Below, piece by piece: positions 12,151 to 24,401 of a DNA stretch of 64,000 nucleotides (the stretch's first letter is position 1; every line of letters begins with the position of its first letter). The stretch lies in NCBI GenBank assembly GCA_964252035.1, contig OZ176205.1; one strand, written 5' to 3'. The translations under genes were made by a program, and so were the position numbers. The notes beneath the pieces were generated by a model. That model was not told the origin of the DNA and made no database searches. It saw nothing but the letters and a program-made list of their open reading frames with translations. This stretch comes from Podarcis erhardii. Lineage: Eukaryota.

Positions 12151-13615
12151 CCAAACTAAATAATTGTCAGGAGCCAGTCCATGACAAAAACCAGCTTTGA
12201 GGGGCACATGAAGCATCACTGAAGGTGTCTGGAGATATCAAGTGGGAATGTTCAGCATTGCATGGAATTACAACTTCGGGGGGGGGGGGGAGAGGACCCA
12301 CTCTTGCCTCTCAGTAAAGCTGTCTAGAATGAAAGTCAGTCAATTTTGATGCTGGCCTTCTGCCGGTCTCCTTTCATGTTTAGTGACAAGAGGTTCAGGG
12401 GATAGACACCGAAACTACATAGGGACAAACCTCTATTACTGGTCTGAACACCAACCCCAAAACACAAAGGGTACCTGGAATCAATCAATACTCTTTCAGC
12501 GAAAGGATAATACCTAAGTCAACATCAATATAAACAGACAGAATGCTTTCAATTTCTATAGCTATTATTAAGTAAAGGCTGAATTTTGTAACATGAATTC
12601 ATTTCTAAGTCCTATAATAAAGCAAACCTGGATTGACACCAATGCCTTTCCTTCAGCACCACAGACCCAAGGATCTGAAAAGCCTTTGCTGTTCATTCAA
12701 AGAAAACCTGACTGCAAATAACTATCACATTATAACCTCATCTCTTGAGCCTCACAACTGTCCTTATGGGCTGGTGATGAAAATAAGGTTCGGATGGCTT
12801 AAAGGGCAAGTTCAGGATGTATTATTTTGGCAGAGCCAATTGAGAATATCTAATGTCCTTTGGATAAGGTGTTTATATATCCACCTTTGAGAGGATAGGG
12901 ACTTATGTCAGGCTCCATTCCTCTTCTTTTCCAAAAGGCCGTGAAAAGGCTGACAGATCAATTTGCCACCTCTTCTTGTGAAGGGAGATTGAATGCAAGA
13001 GACATGGTTTTGCACATTCGAAAATAACATGGGCCATAACTTTCCTTGTTCTCCTCCAGCCATTGACTCTCCTTGGAAGCACTTAATCTCTTCTGACAAC
13101 TATGGTGCCTGAGACTGCTTTGCTGGAGAGGGGTGTTTGTGACATCTTGTTCTAGCCAATGGGCTGAGAGATCTTGAGTTCCCGGCTGATCGGCCGACTT
13201 AGGAGGTCATCAAGCTAATGAGGAACCATCTGGTGCTACTTAGGAAAACATACTTTCTATTTTTATTTTTTGAATTCTGTTTCTTGGTGTGTGCTGAAAC
13301 AAGCTATTTCTCTGCCATATTTCAATGTCCTTGGCTATTTGGGCAGTAGTGACCTGTTGCTTGGCAGCAACGTCAACCATAGTTTTTGTCATCGTCTGGG
13401 AAAAGCCTAATTTGGAAAATGGGATACCAGAGGGTGGCTGCCTTCATTCCACGTGCGTCATGGTTAAATCAGAACTGAAAGGCACTTTCCCATTTTTATT
13501 ATTTTTACCACCAGCACCCTACTGAGATGAAACACTTTCCTATGTTTTCCCTTTGGAATTCTTCATTCGGAAACGTGTGATAGTATAGGAAGCCCTGGAG
13601 AGAGCTGCCTTCTCA

Positions 13616-13834
<219 letters not shown>

Positions 13835-13835
13835 C

Positions 13836-14035
13836 NNNNNNNNNNNNNNNNNNNNNNNNNNNNNNNNNNNNNNNNNNNNNNNNNNNNNNNNNNNNNNNNN
13901 NNNNNNNNNNNNNNNNNNNNNNNNNNNNNNNNNNNNNNNNNNNNNNNNNNNNNNNNNNNNNNNNNNNNNNNNNNNNNNNNNNNNNNNNNNNNNNNNNNNN
14001 NNNNNNNNNNNNNNNNNNNNNNNNNNNNNNNNNNN
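13836..14035. other. Assembly gap (200 N) in the GNAT2 5' leader
   Basis: Run of N 35 nt upstream of the GNAT2 ATG; the round size suggests a placeholder rather than a measured distance. Confidence 0.95.
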
Positions 14036-14159
14036 GCTCGAAGAGCAAGGCAGCTGGTCCAAGACTGCTAAGAAGGTAGCATCAGAGTTCTTCACCTTGC
14101 TCTGTGCTCTTTTCCCCTCCCCCCGCTCCCTGCTAAGTCTTCGTGGGTAACCCAATTTT

Positions 14160-14240
14160 GTTACGGTGGATTTGAGGGCTTTTTATCTCACCATGTGACC
14201 TGGGAAATCCAATTATAAAAGCCCAAGATGGCAAAGATTA
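14160..14240 (-). promoter_or_regulatory. GNAT2: Candidate GNAT2 proximal (photoreceptor) promoter
   Basis: CRX/OTX-type motifs TAATCT (14235-14240), AAATCC (14205-14210) and GGATTT (14168-14173), an AT-rich TATA-like stretch (14211-14220) and a nuclear-receptor half-site AGGTCA (14196-14201). Motif matches only. Confidence 0.45.
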
Positions 14241-15009
14241 ATGACTGGCAAAGCAGAACATTGAACCCAAGCTGTGGCGCCGTGTGGTGTAGGGGAAGAT
14301 GCTTACGCAACACGAGGATGTAACATAGCAGCTCCCCCTGTGAGAGGAGGCTACGGCGTTTGGGGATTTTTAGTTTAGAAAAATAGGTGAGTGAGGAGCA
14401 GGCGACAGGAAGGATAGAGGTGCATAAAGTGGTACATGGTACAGAGAAAATGGATGTGGATGAGCATTCCTCCCTCTCTTATAAATGCTGGAACCTGAGG
14501 CCATCCAATTAAGTTGAATGTGGGGAGATTCAGGACAGATAAAATGACATCATTAAATATGGAGTTCGCCCCCCCCCCCCAAGGTGTAAGGATAACCACC
14601 AACTTCAATGGGATATGACTGCCAAGGAACACAAGTAGGAGTGAGCTATTCCACTCCGACTGCTTCTGAGCTTCCTTTTCACATCTGGTTGGCCACTGTG
14701 TGACGCAGAAGGCCTGCCTTCGATGGGCCTTTGTTCTGATCGAACAGGCCTACTCTTAGGAGTGGATGCTGACAGCCCTCTCTACCTACGTACTAGGCAG
14801 GGATTCTTAATTCCCAGAGGAGGCCTCATAGTCAGCTCCTCCCCTTGGAGGCTTGTTGGGGGATTAATTAATAAACTAATAGTTATTATTCATTCAATTT
14901 ATATTCCAAATGCTCAGAGCTGATCATCACCATCAGTTTATTTGTATGCCATTTTCTCACAAAATTGTGCCCAAAGTGGTTCATAACATATTGGGTGAAC
15001 AAATATAGC

Positions 15010-15012
<3 letters not shown>

Positions 15013-15084
<72 letters not shown>
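15013..15084. repeat. Compound (TC)n(CA)n microsatellite
   Basis: Directly visible. Confidence 0.95.
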
Positions 15085-15086
<2 letters not shown>

Positions 15087-16701
15087 TTAGAAATATAACA
15101 CTAATAAATAATTACCAAAAAATCAATCCACACAAGTTTGTATAAAACAATACAAATGAACTAACCTAATTTAACAGCTTAAAACTAACCAGAAATTTAA
15201 AAAGTAGTATACAAAGCACCCACACACTCCAGATGGGTCTTTTCCCAATAGTTTGGACCCAATCTGATGGGGAAGGTGGCTTAAGAATTTGTTGAGGCCC
15301 AAATGTACAAGCTAGTCTTATTTTGGCAGCTGCAACCCAGTAAACTTAATAACATTTATCCCAAACAGGTGCCGCCTAGGGACTGAGCATGGAGATGGCA
15401 TCGCTGAAATGCATGTGTAATTAGATGCAGCTATTTCTGTTCCTTTACTGCTCTTCTCCCCCACACGGTCAGGAAGAGTACAGAATTCTGACACTAGTCT
15501 TCTCTTGCTCACCAAGGAAAAGGTGGCAGAGCTTCCTCCCTCCCAATAGGATGGGAATAGCAGGAGGACCATGCCTATGCAACAACATCTTCAAGGAATG
15601 CTCTGGTGCTGTTCACATGAACTGCCCCATAGGCCTGGCTTTGCCATCATCAGAGCTTATGAAAATGTGAGGTGACCCCCCCACACACACACAGTGGCAC
15701 AAAGGCCAAAATAGATGTGCTGCTCAGCATATTAGGGGAAGATGGTGGGCTTCTGGGTTTTGTTTGCTTTTCTGTTTGCATAGAGGAAAGGAAACGGACA
15801 CACGTCTCAGTCCTAGAAGCAAACATCAGCCATTCAGACGGGGTGGGGTATATCCCTTGTGCACAGTTGTGTTTATGGGCATTAGGGCTGGGATTAACGA
15901 AGAACAAAATGCACTCCTCTCTTTCCTTTTTCCTCTGTGCAGCCCTGGCTTTTCTGAGGAATAAGATAATTCACTGAGGTGGGGAACGAGTGAGTTTAAT
16001 TCTTAAGTGCTGGCAAGCAGAATCGCACCCGCTAATCATGCTTCTCTCCATCCTGCTACTTAAGCTCTTTAAACTGCTGGCTTTGCTCACAAAATCCTCC
16101 CCCCCCCCCTCCTGCAGCAAACTCCTACATCTTGGGAGGTTTGCAGTTCTAGAAGGATCTGTGTGTGCTGGGCCGATGCCTGTTGGAGGAGGCCTTCTTA
16201 ATGCTCCCAGTCTGATAACCCCACTGACAGGTGTTCTCCCCAGCCACTTTCCCCACAACCCTATACTCCACCCCCCCTTGTGTTACATACCCTCCTAACA
16301 TTTCTTAGATGAAAATAGGGACATTCTGTCCTACGTCAGGAAGCCTCATTCTCACTGAACACATTGTCTATCTGTCACTGAATATTATTTTCAATTAGTT
16401 GGATGCATGCCCTGGTAGGTGATTTGGCTGAGCACTTACAAATGCACTGCTGATGTCCACTTATTTCATAGAACCTTTGTGCTAATGGAGTCTGAGTATA
16501 TGGTGCCAATTAACTAGTACGGTATAACTGAATACTAGCAGCCTCATACCCAGCATTACTCAGGAATTCCAAGAAACAAAAAGGTCATTGCAGTTTTGAA
16601 ATCAGTACTTAAAACCCACGCAGTTTTGAAAGGTTCATGCTGCCATTTCGATTCAAAACACCATCCAATTGTATCCGGGGTATAAATGTTGTTGTTGGTC
16701 G

Positions 16702-16755
16702 TCTTCTTCTTCTTCTTCTTCTTCTCCTCCTCCTCCTCCTCCTCCTCCTCCTCCT
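16702..16755. repeat. Compound (CTT)n(CCT)n microsatellite
   Basis: Directly visible. Confidence 0.92.
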
Positions 16756-17680
16756 CAAAACATAGACAAAAGCCCGTTCCTTGATCTCAGGACAGGAATA
16801 ATCGTGCAAAATCTGGTTACACTATCTTAAGAGGTGCACAACAAACAAATAACTTTCTAAAATAATGTAGATACATAATAAAACGTTTGTTTTGAGTCAT
16901 TTGATCTTAAGTAGTTATAGGAAGAAGGGCACGTTTATAAGATAGATCAGAGAGGCTAGGGAATGGAGCCGCATGAGCCATAAGCTTTAGGATTACTATA
17001 TTGGAAAAAGTGAGGGATTTGTTCCACATTAAGCCAGGCTTCCCCAACCTGGTGCCCTTCATATGTTTTTGGCTGCAAATCGCAGAGCATGCTGCCCGGG
17101 ACTGATGGGAGTTATAGTCCAAAACAGATGGGTGCCCACCTGTATCTAAAGGCATATTGTGTTGCTTCAGCAACACACAGATCTTCCTTTCTGAATCAGG
17201 AAAAAGATAGTAATATGATGTGTATCCCATCTGGGATTCTACAGTTTCATTATAGCTCCTGTACATTCCAGTCGCCATTCAGTTATTGTTATATTACCTG
17301 CTCCCCTGGTTTTGCTGTAGAGTCAGTCTGTCACCAGGCCTTGAGAACAGCCACATGTTGGTGAGCATGTGGAATTCCCTTTGCTCAGAGCTGGCGTTCT
17401 AAAAATACCCCGTTCTCGGTCCAAGGATTAAAGTGATTTCACAAAGCAATTGCCTGAGACAGGTTTCTAATCCTGACACTGAAATTTGTTTGTCTTAATT
17501 TATGGACCTTGCTTAGCCTCCTGTGATTTCTGTGAGGGGCGGAGACCGAAATAGGTGAGGAGAAAATAACTAGTAGCAGTAAACACACGAAGGCAGATGG
17601 AGCATTAGAGTGGAGTTGTGTGGTTGTGAAGCCTCCTAAATATGTGGATGAAAAATTAAAATTAATAAATATCTTAACTG

Positions 17681-17683
<3 letters not shown>

Positions 17684-17721
<38 letters not shown>

Positions 17722-18026
17722 TTATTTATACCCCGCCCATCTGGCTGGGTTTCTCCAGCCACTCTGCATGGCTCCCAGCAGAGTACAGTGTTACCTCAGG
17801 TTAAGTACTTAATTTGTTCCGGAGGTCTGTACTTAACCTGAAACTGTTCTTAACCTGAAGCACCACTTTAGCTAATGGGGCCTCCTGCTGCTGCCGTGCC
17901 ACCAGAGCACGATTTCTGTTCTCATCCTGAAGCAAAGTTCTTAACCTGAAGCACTATTTCTGGGTTAATGGAGTCTGTAAACTGAAGCGTATGTAACCTG
18001 AAGCGTATGTAACCTGAGGTACCACT

Positions 18027-18058
<32 letters not shown>

Positions 18059-18486
18059 GCGATAAAACATCAAACATTAAAACAGGGTTGCCTTCATATA
18101 TCTTCTAAAAGTCAGATAGTTCTTTATTTCCTTGACATCTGACGGGAGGGCGTTCCACAGGGTGGGCAACACCACTGAGAAGGCCCTCTGCCTGGTTCCC
18201 TGTAACCTCACATCTCACAGTGACAGAACTGCCAGAAGGCCCTCAGAGCTGGACCTCAGTGTCCGGGCTGAACGATGGGGGTGGAGACACTCCTTCAGGT
18301 ATACTGGGTGGAGGCTGTTTACTGTTTTAAAGGTCAGCACCAACACTTTGAATTGTTCCTGGAAATGTACTGAGAGCCAATGTAGGTCTTTCAGGACTGG
18401 TGTTATGTGGTCTCGGCAGCCACTCTCAGTTACTAGTCTAGCTGCTGCTTTCTGGATTAGTTGTAGTTTCCAAGTCACCTTCAAAG
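17684..18486 (-). mobile_element. L2 LINE 3' fragment with (AAT)n tail, interrupted by a MITE
   Basis: Minus frame LQLIQKAAARLV...DHITPVLKDLHWL...FKVLVLTFK matches the L2 ORF2 C-terminus; the 3' UTR continues left of the MITE to the AAT tail at 17684-17720. Confidence 0.85.
17786..18027. mobile_element. Same MITE, copy 2 (reverse orientation, nested in L2)
   Basis: TA at 17784-17785 and 18028-18029; the interior is the reverse complement of copy 1. Confidence 0.9.
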
Positions 18487-21400
18487 TCTGCACCAACAGT
18501 CCTCTATTTTGAAGGGCAGTCAAGAGGACAGCCCTCTATTTGAGGGTGTCCCAAGTCTGGTTTAAAGAAAAGGAATGAAAAGGGAGAGCAGAAGTTGCCC
18601 ATCAACAGTTAGCATCTCCTGGTCATCAGACTAAACAGGCACAGGGTGTCTTCCCCATTATGACAAGAAGTATTGTATTTTTATTTAAATTATAGTAATT
18701 ATTTTTAAATTTGCACATATACTTAAACATATGCAAATATTATACATATGCAAATATTATGGAACCTCACTAATTGGAGGGAAGACTGCTGCGTGCTGGG
18801 TGTCTCAGAAGATGATAAATTAGTGAATAGTAATATTTGCATCTGCAAATGCATTTTTATATCTTAATTGTCAAGATTCGGTCAAAACTTATTCAATAGT
18901 TTTGTACCTTATCCTTTACAAATGCTTCCTAACTGAGTTTAAGAAGTTTGTGGGAAGAGCGAATACATTTTATTCTGTTTGTTTTCTAAATTACTCCTCC
19001 TTTGGGCTGGGCACTTGAGCAGAGACATACCTAGTCTCCCTTGTAGCTTTGCCTAGGAGCTACATAGCAACCTCACCACATTTGCTGCAGATGTTTATAC
19101 ACATACACACAGAGGGAGAGGGATCTTCCACATTATTGCTCAATATAAACTTTCCAGTCTTGAGGAGACAAACCACTAAGGGGACAAGTGTCACTTCAGG
19201 CAAGGTCCTTCCTGAATCTCAACAGTAAGGAGCTATCCCATTCCAAAACAACAGTTCTCTTCATCTCCCACCTACCCCATATCCTCCTCTTCCTCCTCTT
19301 TAAGGAGATTGGGAACCCTTTCCTCCATCCCTCTCCAAAGCACCCTTTTCTAGAGGATTATTTGCCAGTCCCTGTGCTTCCATGCAAACATGCAGCCACA
19401 CAGTGCCCCTTCCTGCATCTTCGCATGGCAGCTCTGCCCAGGAGTGCCAACTTGAATAAAATACTTATCAATTACAAGACATGGCACACACCCACACACA
19501 CATAATTGATTACAAGACGTGGCACATAAGCCTAGGTCCATGAGTATTGAATGTGTGCGTTATAAGATTTTATCACTCTACAAATGCAACGCTCCAGTTA
19601 ATCATGTCTTCCTAGGTAGATGCTTCAAGGAAATGCCCTCTAGCCCCGACTGGTGGTTAACCTTAGGCAAGAGAACCTAGGAATTGCTAGCTATCTGCAG
19701 GGATGAGTCTGTATTCCTCATTTTCCAAGGAAAGGTAGGGTGCAAAAAAGGTGAAAGATGCAGAAGCAGGAAATGAACAAATATGTTCTTCCTTAATAGC
19801 AGCCAAAGTTTTAATTGCACAGAACTTTTGAAAGGCAGAAGCCCCAGCAATGAAAGAAGGGAAGATATTGGAAGTAGCTGTAGATCAAACTAGCAAAGCT
19901 AATTTACTGGATTTAAAAAAGGTGGTAGAATCAAGGAGATTTTGAGACAAATTATTTTGAAAATATAAAAATCATTATAGTAACAGCAATATAGGTTGAG
20001 GGAATTTTAACTGGACAAAATTAATAAATGCCTAAGAACTGATATTATATTTGTGGATGTAAAATGTGATGTACAGTACTTAAAAGCTACTTGACAGAAG
20101 AAATGTCTTGTCCTGTGCATGAAATTGAGAATGTGAGCATATTGAAAATATATGACTTGTAATATTTTGAATTTATATTGAAATAAATGAAAACACAAAA
20201 AGGTGGCAACCCGCCAAAGAAGCATTTGAGCTCTTGGCTGGTCTGGTTTGCTGACCAGGACAGGGTTAATCCTCCCCCTCTCATTTGAAGGCAAGCAGAA
20301 CTGGTTGCACCTGTGATGCAACCCAGCAGATATTTTGCAACCTCCTGACCATGAAACTGATGCTAAATTAATTTTCCTTTAGCTTTGTACCTTACTGTCC
20401 AGATCTGATAAGATTTGCTGGAGCCAATCAGAACCAGTGTTGAGAACAACATTCTGAACAATAGGATCTTCGCTAGAACAGAGAAAGTGTGCTAGTGCCT
20501 TTTAAGTTCACCTGTAGCTTGAAAAACAGAAAGATTTGTGCTTCCCCTATCTGACATGCTCTCTTGAGGACTATGAGTCCTGGTGTTCTTAAGTGCATAA
20601 GGAGGAGGGTGCGATAAAGCACAATAACAACCGGAAACATTTATTCTAGTGAGAGAATCAGTGCTGGTTGTAGGAGTTAGAGGGTACCATTTTAAAAAAA
20701 CAGACATTCATTTTATAGATTTATTTTTATTTATTAAATTTCTGTACCACCCTTCATCCGAGGATCACAGGGAGATTCACAACATAAAAATACATAACAA
20801 GCAAAAACAATATCCCACCCACACTTTAAAAGGTCATAGATTGTTTAATTAGCCAAAGACCTGGGAGAAGAGGAATATTTATTCCTGGCATCTAAATATT
20901 GAAACATAGGTTTATATATAAATATATTGGATTTGATTCAACACTAGCAGAAGCCAGCACTAGCAGAAGCCAGCATAACAACTCCTGCTAGTATAATGGG
21001 ACTCCTCTTCTTCCTCTCCTCCCCAAACCCCTGTGCCCTCTCCAAACCTGCTTGGGTCAGGAGAACCTCCAAAATGACAAGCAGGGTAGGAGGGAGCTCA
21101 TTCCATCTGGCAAACATAAATGCTTGGGCTGACAGAACAACTACCTTAGCACGGTGCTGAATTCCATTGGTAGATTTCCAGATTAGTGCCAAAATACATA
21201 GGTCCTAGTTCACACATGTACATGGGGCAAGAGTGGTTAAGCCACCCACAGCAGCTTTGTATACTACAGAGGTGGGAAAGCTTTTTGGTCTGATGGGCCA
21301 AATATTTATCTATTCTAACTCAGCAGACCAACTCTGACGGGTGGGTTGCCCCACGAACCTGTTAAAGTTGGCCCTTGGTTGTGAAGGGGGTAGGGGGGTA

Positions 21401-23064
21401 GAGATACTGCCCAAGTTTTGTACTTTCCACAGTGGAATCTCTGCCTTCCCCTCACCGAATGCTGCGTTTGACATCAGGTGTAGAACAGGTAGGTGTAATT
21501 TCAGGAAAAGGGCATGAATGGGGCCAAATGGGGACCCTTAATGGGCCAAGTCTGACCCGCAGGCCAGAGGTACCTCACCATGTGTAAACCTGCATGGGAA
21601 ATATCCTTTTGGATGACATTTTTATGGCCTTTTAAAGTAAAAAATAACCTTCAAAGCAAACTGGTCTATTTACGTTTGCAGCTATGTTGGTCCATTAGTG
21701 AGTTTAAAAAAACAGGAAAGGACACATTAACTTACTTAGGACCAATCAAAAGATTATAAAATAGTCAGGAAGCTCTGTAGGACTCTTTCTGAGGCTGGAT
21801 GTTTAAAAATAGCAAAAAAAAAGCAGGCATAATGGAAAACACCTAAGGTGAGCCATTATGCAATTCCAGAAATGTAGAAAATGTTATTTCAGAATGAAAA
21901 TAGAAACTTTTATTTCATGACTCATGAGACTGTGGTATGCTGTGTTACAAGTTTTTATAGGGCTTACATAAAATGAGGCCTTAGGAAGTCAGCTGATGAG
22001 GGGCACATCATATGTGGAAATTGTTCAGTTTGCTTGTGTATTTTTAAAAATGTGTTATTGTTTATGACAACTTATGTTGTAGTCATGCATTTTTTTCATG
22101 TTGTAAGCCGCCTTGAACACGGTTTGAACTGTGGAAAGGTGGCATACAAATAAATTATGTATACATGTAGGACAAATATATTAGAGTGGCATTCAACCAA
22201 ATTTTACTCCGAGTATCTGAGGGATAGTAGATCCACTGAAATTCATGAACAAAATTACTCTATGTTCATTCATTTCAATATATCTACTCTGCATAAAACT
22301 TACGTTGACTACTATCCTTAAACTCCAGATTGTATGTTGTACAGTATAACTTTTGATAATATTCACTATGACATGCATGATTTAGGGAGCACTGCAGAGC
22401 AATTCACACGCTCTGTGAATGCCTGCACAAGATGTGGAGAACACTGGGTTATGAGGCCAAGGATTACTAGGAAACAAAGATACAAATTCTTTTTTCCCCT
22501 ATGAAAGAAAGAAAATGCCCACATGAGTAAACATGCAAGTTTTATGAAAACTAAAAGTGCAAAACATTTTAAAATGAAACCAGATGCTATTGTGTTTATT
22601 ACATTTTAATGCCAAAGCTGTATCTGTGATTTCATTACTTGGTCACTCTCCCATGGAATCTTTATTGTCCTTGATATCATTGAATAAATATTAATTATTG
22701 TCTAAATACAGGGGATTTATTTCTAAGTATGATTATGATTGCAGCTTGATTCTGCCTTTGTTTGGGGTTGTACATGTCCTCTAAATCCCTCCCCACTCCC
22801 TTATTTCATTCGGTACTCTGGGGCAGGAGGACGGTAATCCAGGTGCTATGTTAAGCAAGACATGTTGTTGTGGATTAATTCAGAATGAAAAGGAGCTGTT
22901 ATTCAAGATGAATGATGTCCCTATGACTAAAAGGGAAGGGCACCAACACTTAATTTATCACAACACTAACTCCACTATTTTTAAAATGCCAGGAAACTTT
23001 GCTGTTGAGAAGCCCTGCCGGGGAGGACTGCACACTTCACTTTCCGGAGGGACAGCGGTTTGTT

Positions 23065-23160
23065 GCAGCAAAAACAAGAAGTCTTGTGGCACTTTAAAAG
23101 ATCAAGGAACTTATTCTGGCATTAGCTCAGAAGCCACCTCATCAGATGTGTGAAGTGTTA
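23065..23160. mobile_element. Possible Penelope-like element terminal remnant (opposite-orientation match near 44660-44700)
   Basis: aaaaacaagaagtcttgtggcactttaaaaga versus tctttaaggtgccacaagact. Family assignment is from memory of reptile PLE ends. Confidence 0.35.
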
Positions 23161-24391
23161 CCCAGAGTCATAGGTTATATATACAAATGGTGAAGGTATT
23201 CTAAACTGCGAGGTCAGATGAAAATGAAATGCGGCAAGTACAGAAGGGAATCTAACACTGGCGATTGGGTAAACCGTTGTTGATGATAAATCAGGCATCC
23301 TGGCACTGGATGAGCTAATGAATAAATAAAGCGTGTGTGCACGTGACTGAACTTTATCCTGACTCAAGTCACAGTTGTTATCGCAGAACCTCTCAAAGAA
23401 CTGCAATTCGGCGCTTTCAGGTCGCAGTTTCCCTTCTCAATTCCTTCGCTCAAGAGGTCAGTTTCAAGAAGCACACACCATGCATTGTGTTAAGTTGTGG
23501 GTGAACGTATCAGACAACATAGTGATTCTTTAAACAGCTCTTGTTTATTCACAGGCCAGAACAGAACTGAAGGGTTCAGCCAGCCTGCTTATATAGAGCT
23601 CCACTGCAACACAACAGTAACCATTTTCTGTAACTATCCAATCACTGAACGTCACTTTCAATCCCTTATTTGCATATGTGGACCTGAGTGAAAACTATCT
23701 ACAATAACCCCCTGCTGCCCCAGGGTGAGAACTTCAGTACATAACACCTTGAAAGGACAGCACCTCCCCCCAAAGAACCCCGGGAACTGTAGTTGGCCAA
23801 GGGTGGTTGGGAGATGTAGCGCTTTGAGGGAGAAACTACAGTTCCCAGGATTCTTTGTGCGTGTGTGGGGGGGGGGATGTGGCACATTTCGCGCCCTTTC
23901 TTGACGCGCGGCCGACTTCTAGTTACACCACCGCGAGATGGCGGCACTTCCACAAGCCGGATGAAACTCCTTTGTTCGGCGCCGCCGCCGCCACCGGCGG
24001 CGGCCACGGGGCGGGGCTTGGGCCGCTCTACCTGTGCGCCACGATTTGATTTTGCAATGCCGGCATGCCCAGTGGGTGTAGCATCTTCACTTCTGCTCTT
24101 ATATAATGCGGCTGCTTCTCCTCGGGGCCAGTGACAGCAGCACCTTCCCCGCCCTGAAGCCCTCAGCTGGGCCAAAGTAGCTCCTCGGGCGGACCTCTCA
24201 GAAAGAAGCCGAGCACTTGCTCCGGGGTGGGACTTTGGGCCAGGAAGTGCTCGCGAAACGCCCCCGCTCCCAGGGGCTGCCAGGGCCCGGCTTCCTCTCC
24301 AGCTGCGGGGCGGCGGCGGCGGCGGCTCGGCAAGAGGAGACCCCCCCTCCGTTTCCGGTACCTGCCGCCCGACGCCTCCGCAGAGGCCGCG

Positions 24392-24401
24392 ATGGCTTCA
24401 G
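24392..24401 (+). CDS. AMPD2: AMPD2 exon 1 coding part (ATG GCT TCA G)
   Basis: Kozak gccgcgATGG then donor G|gtagga, phase 1. Joined to 45940 it gives MASEIHGG..., matching the MASE-type short isoform I recall from human AMPD2. Confidence 0.8.
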
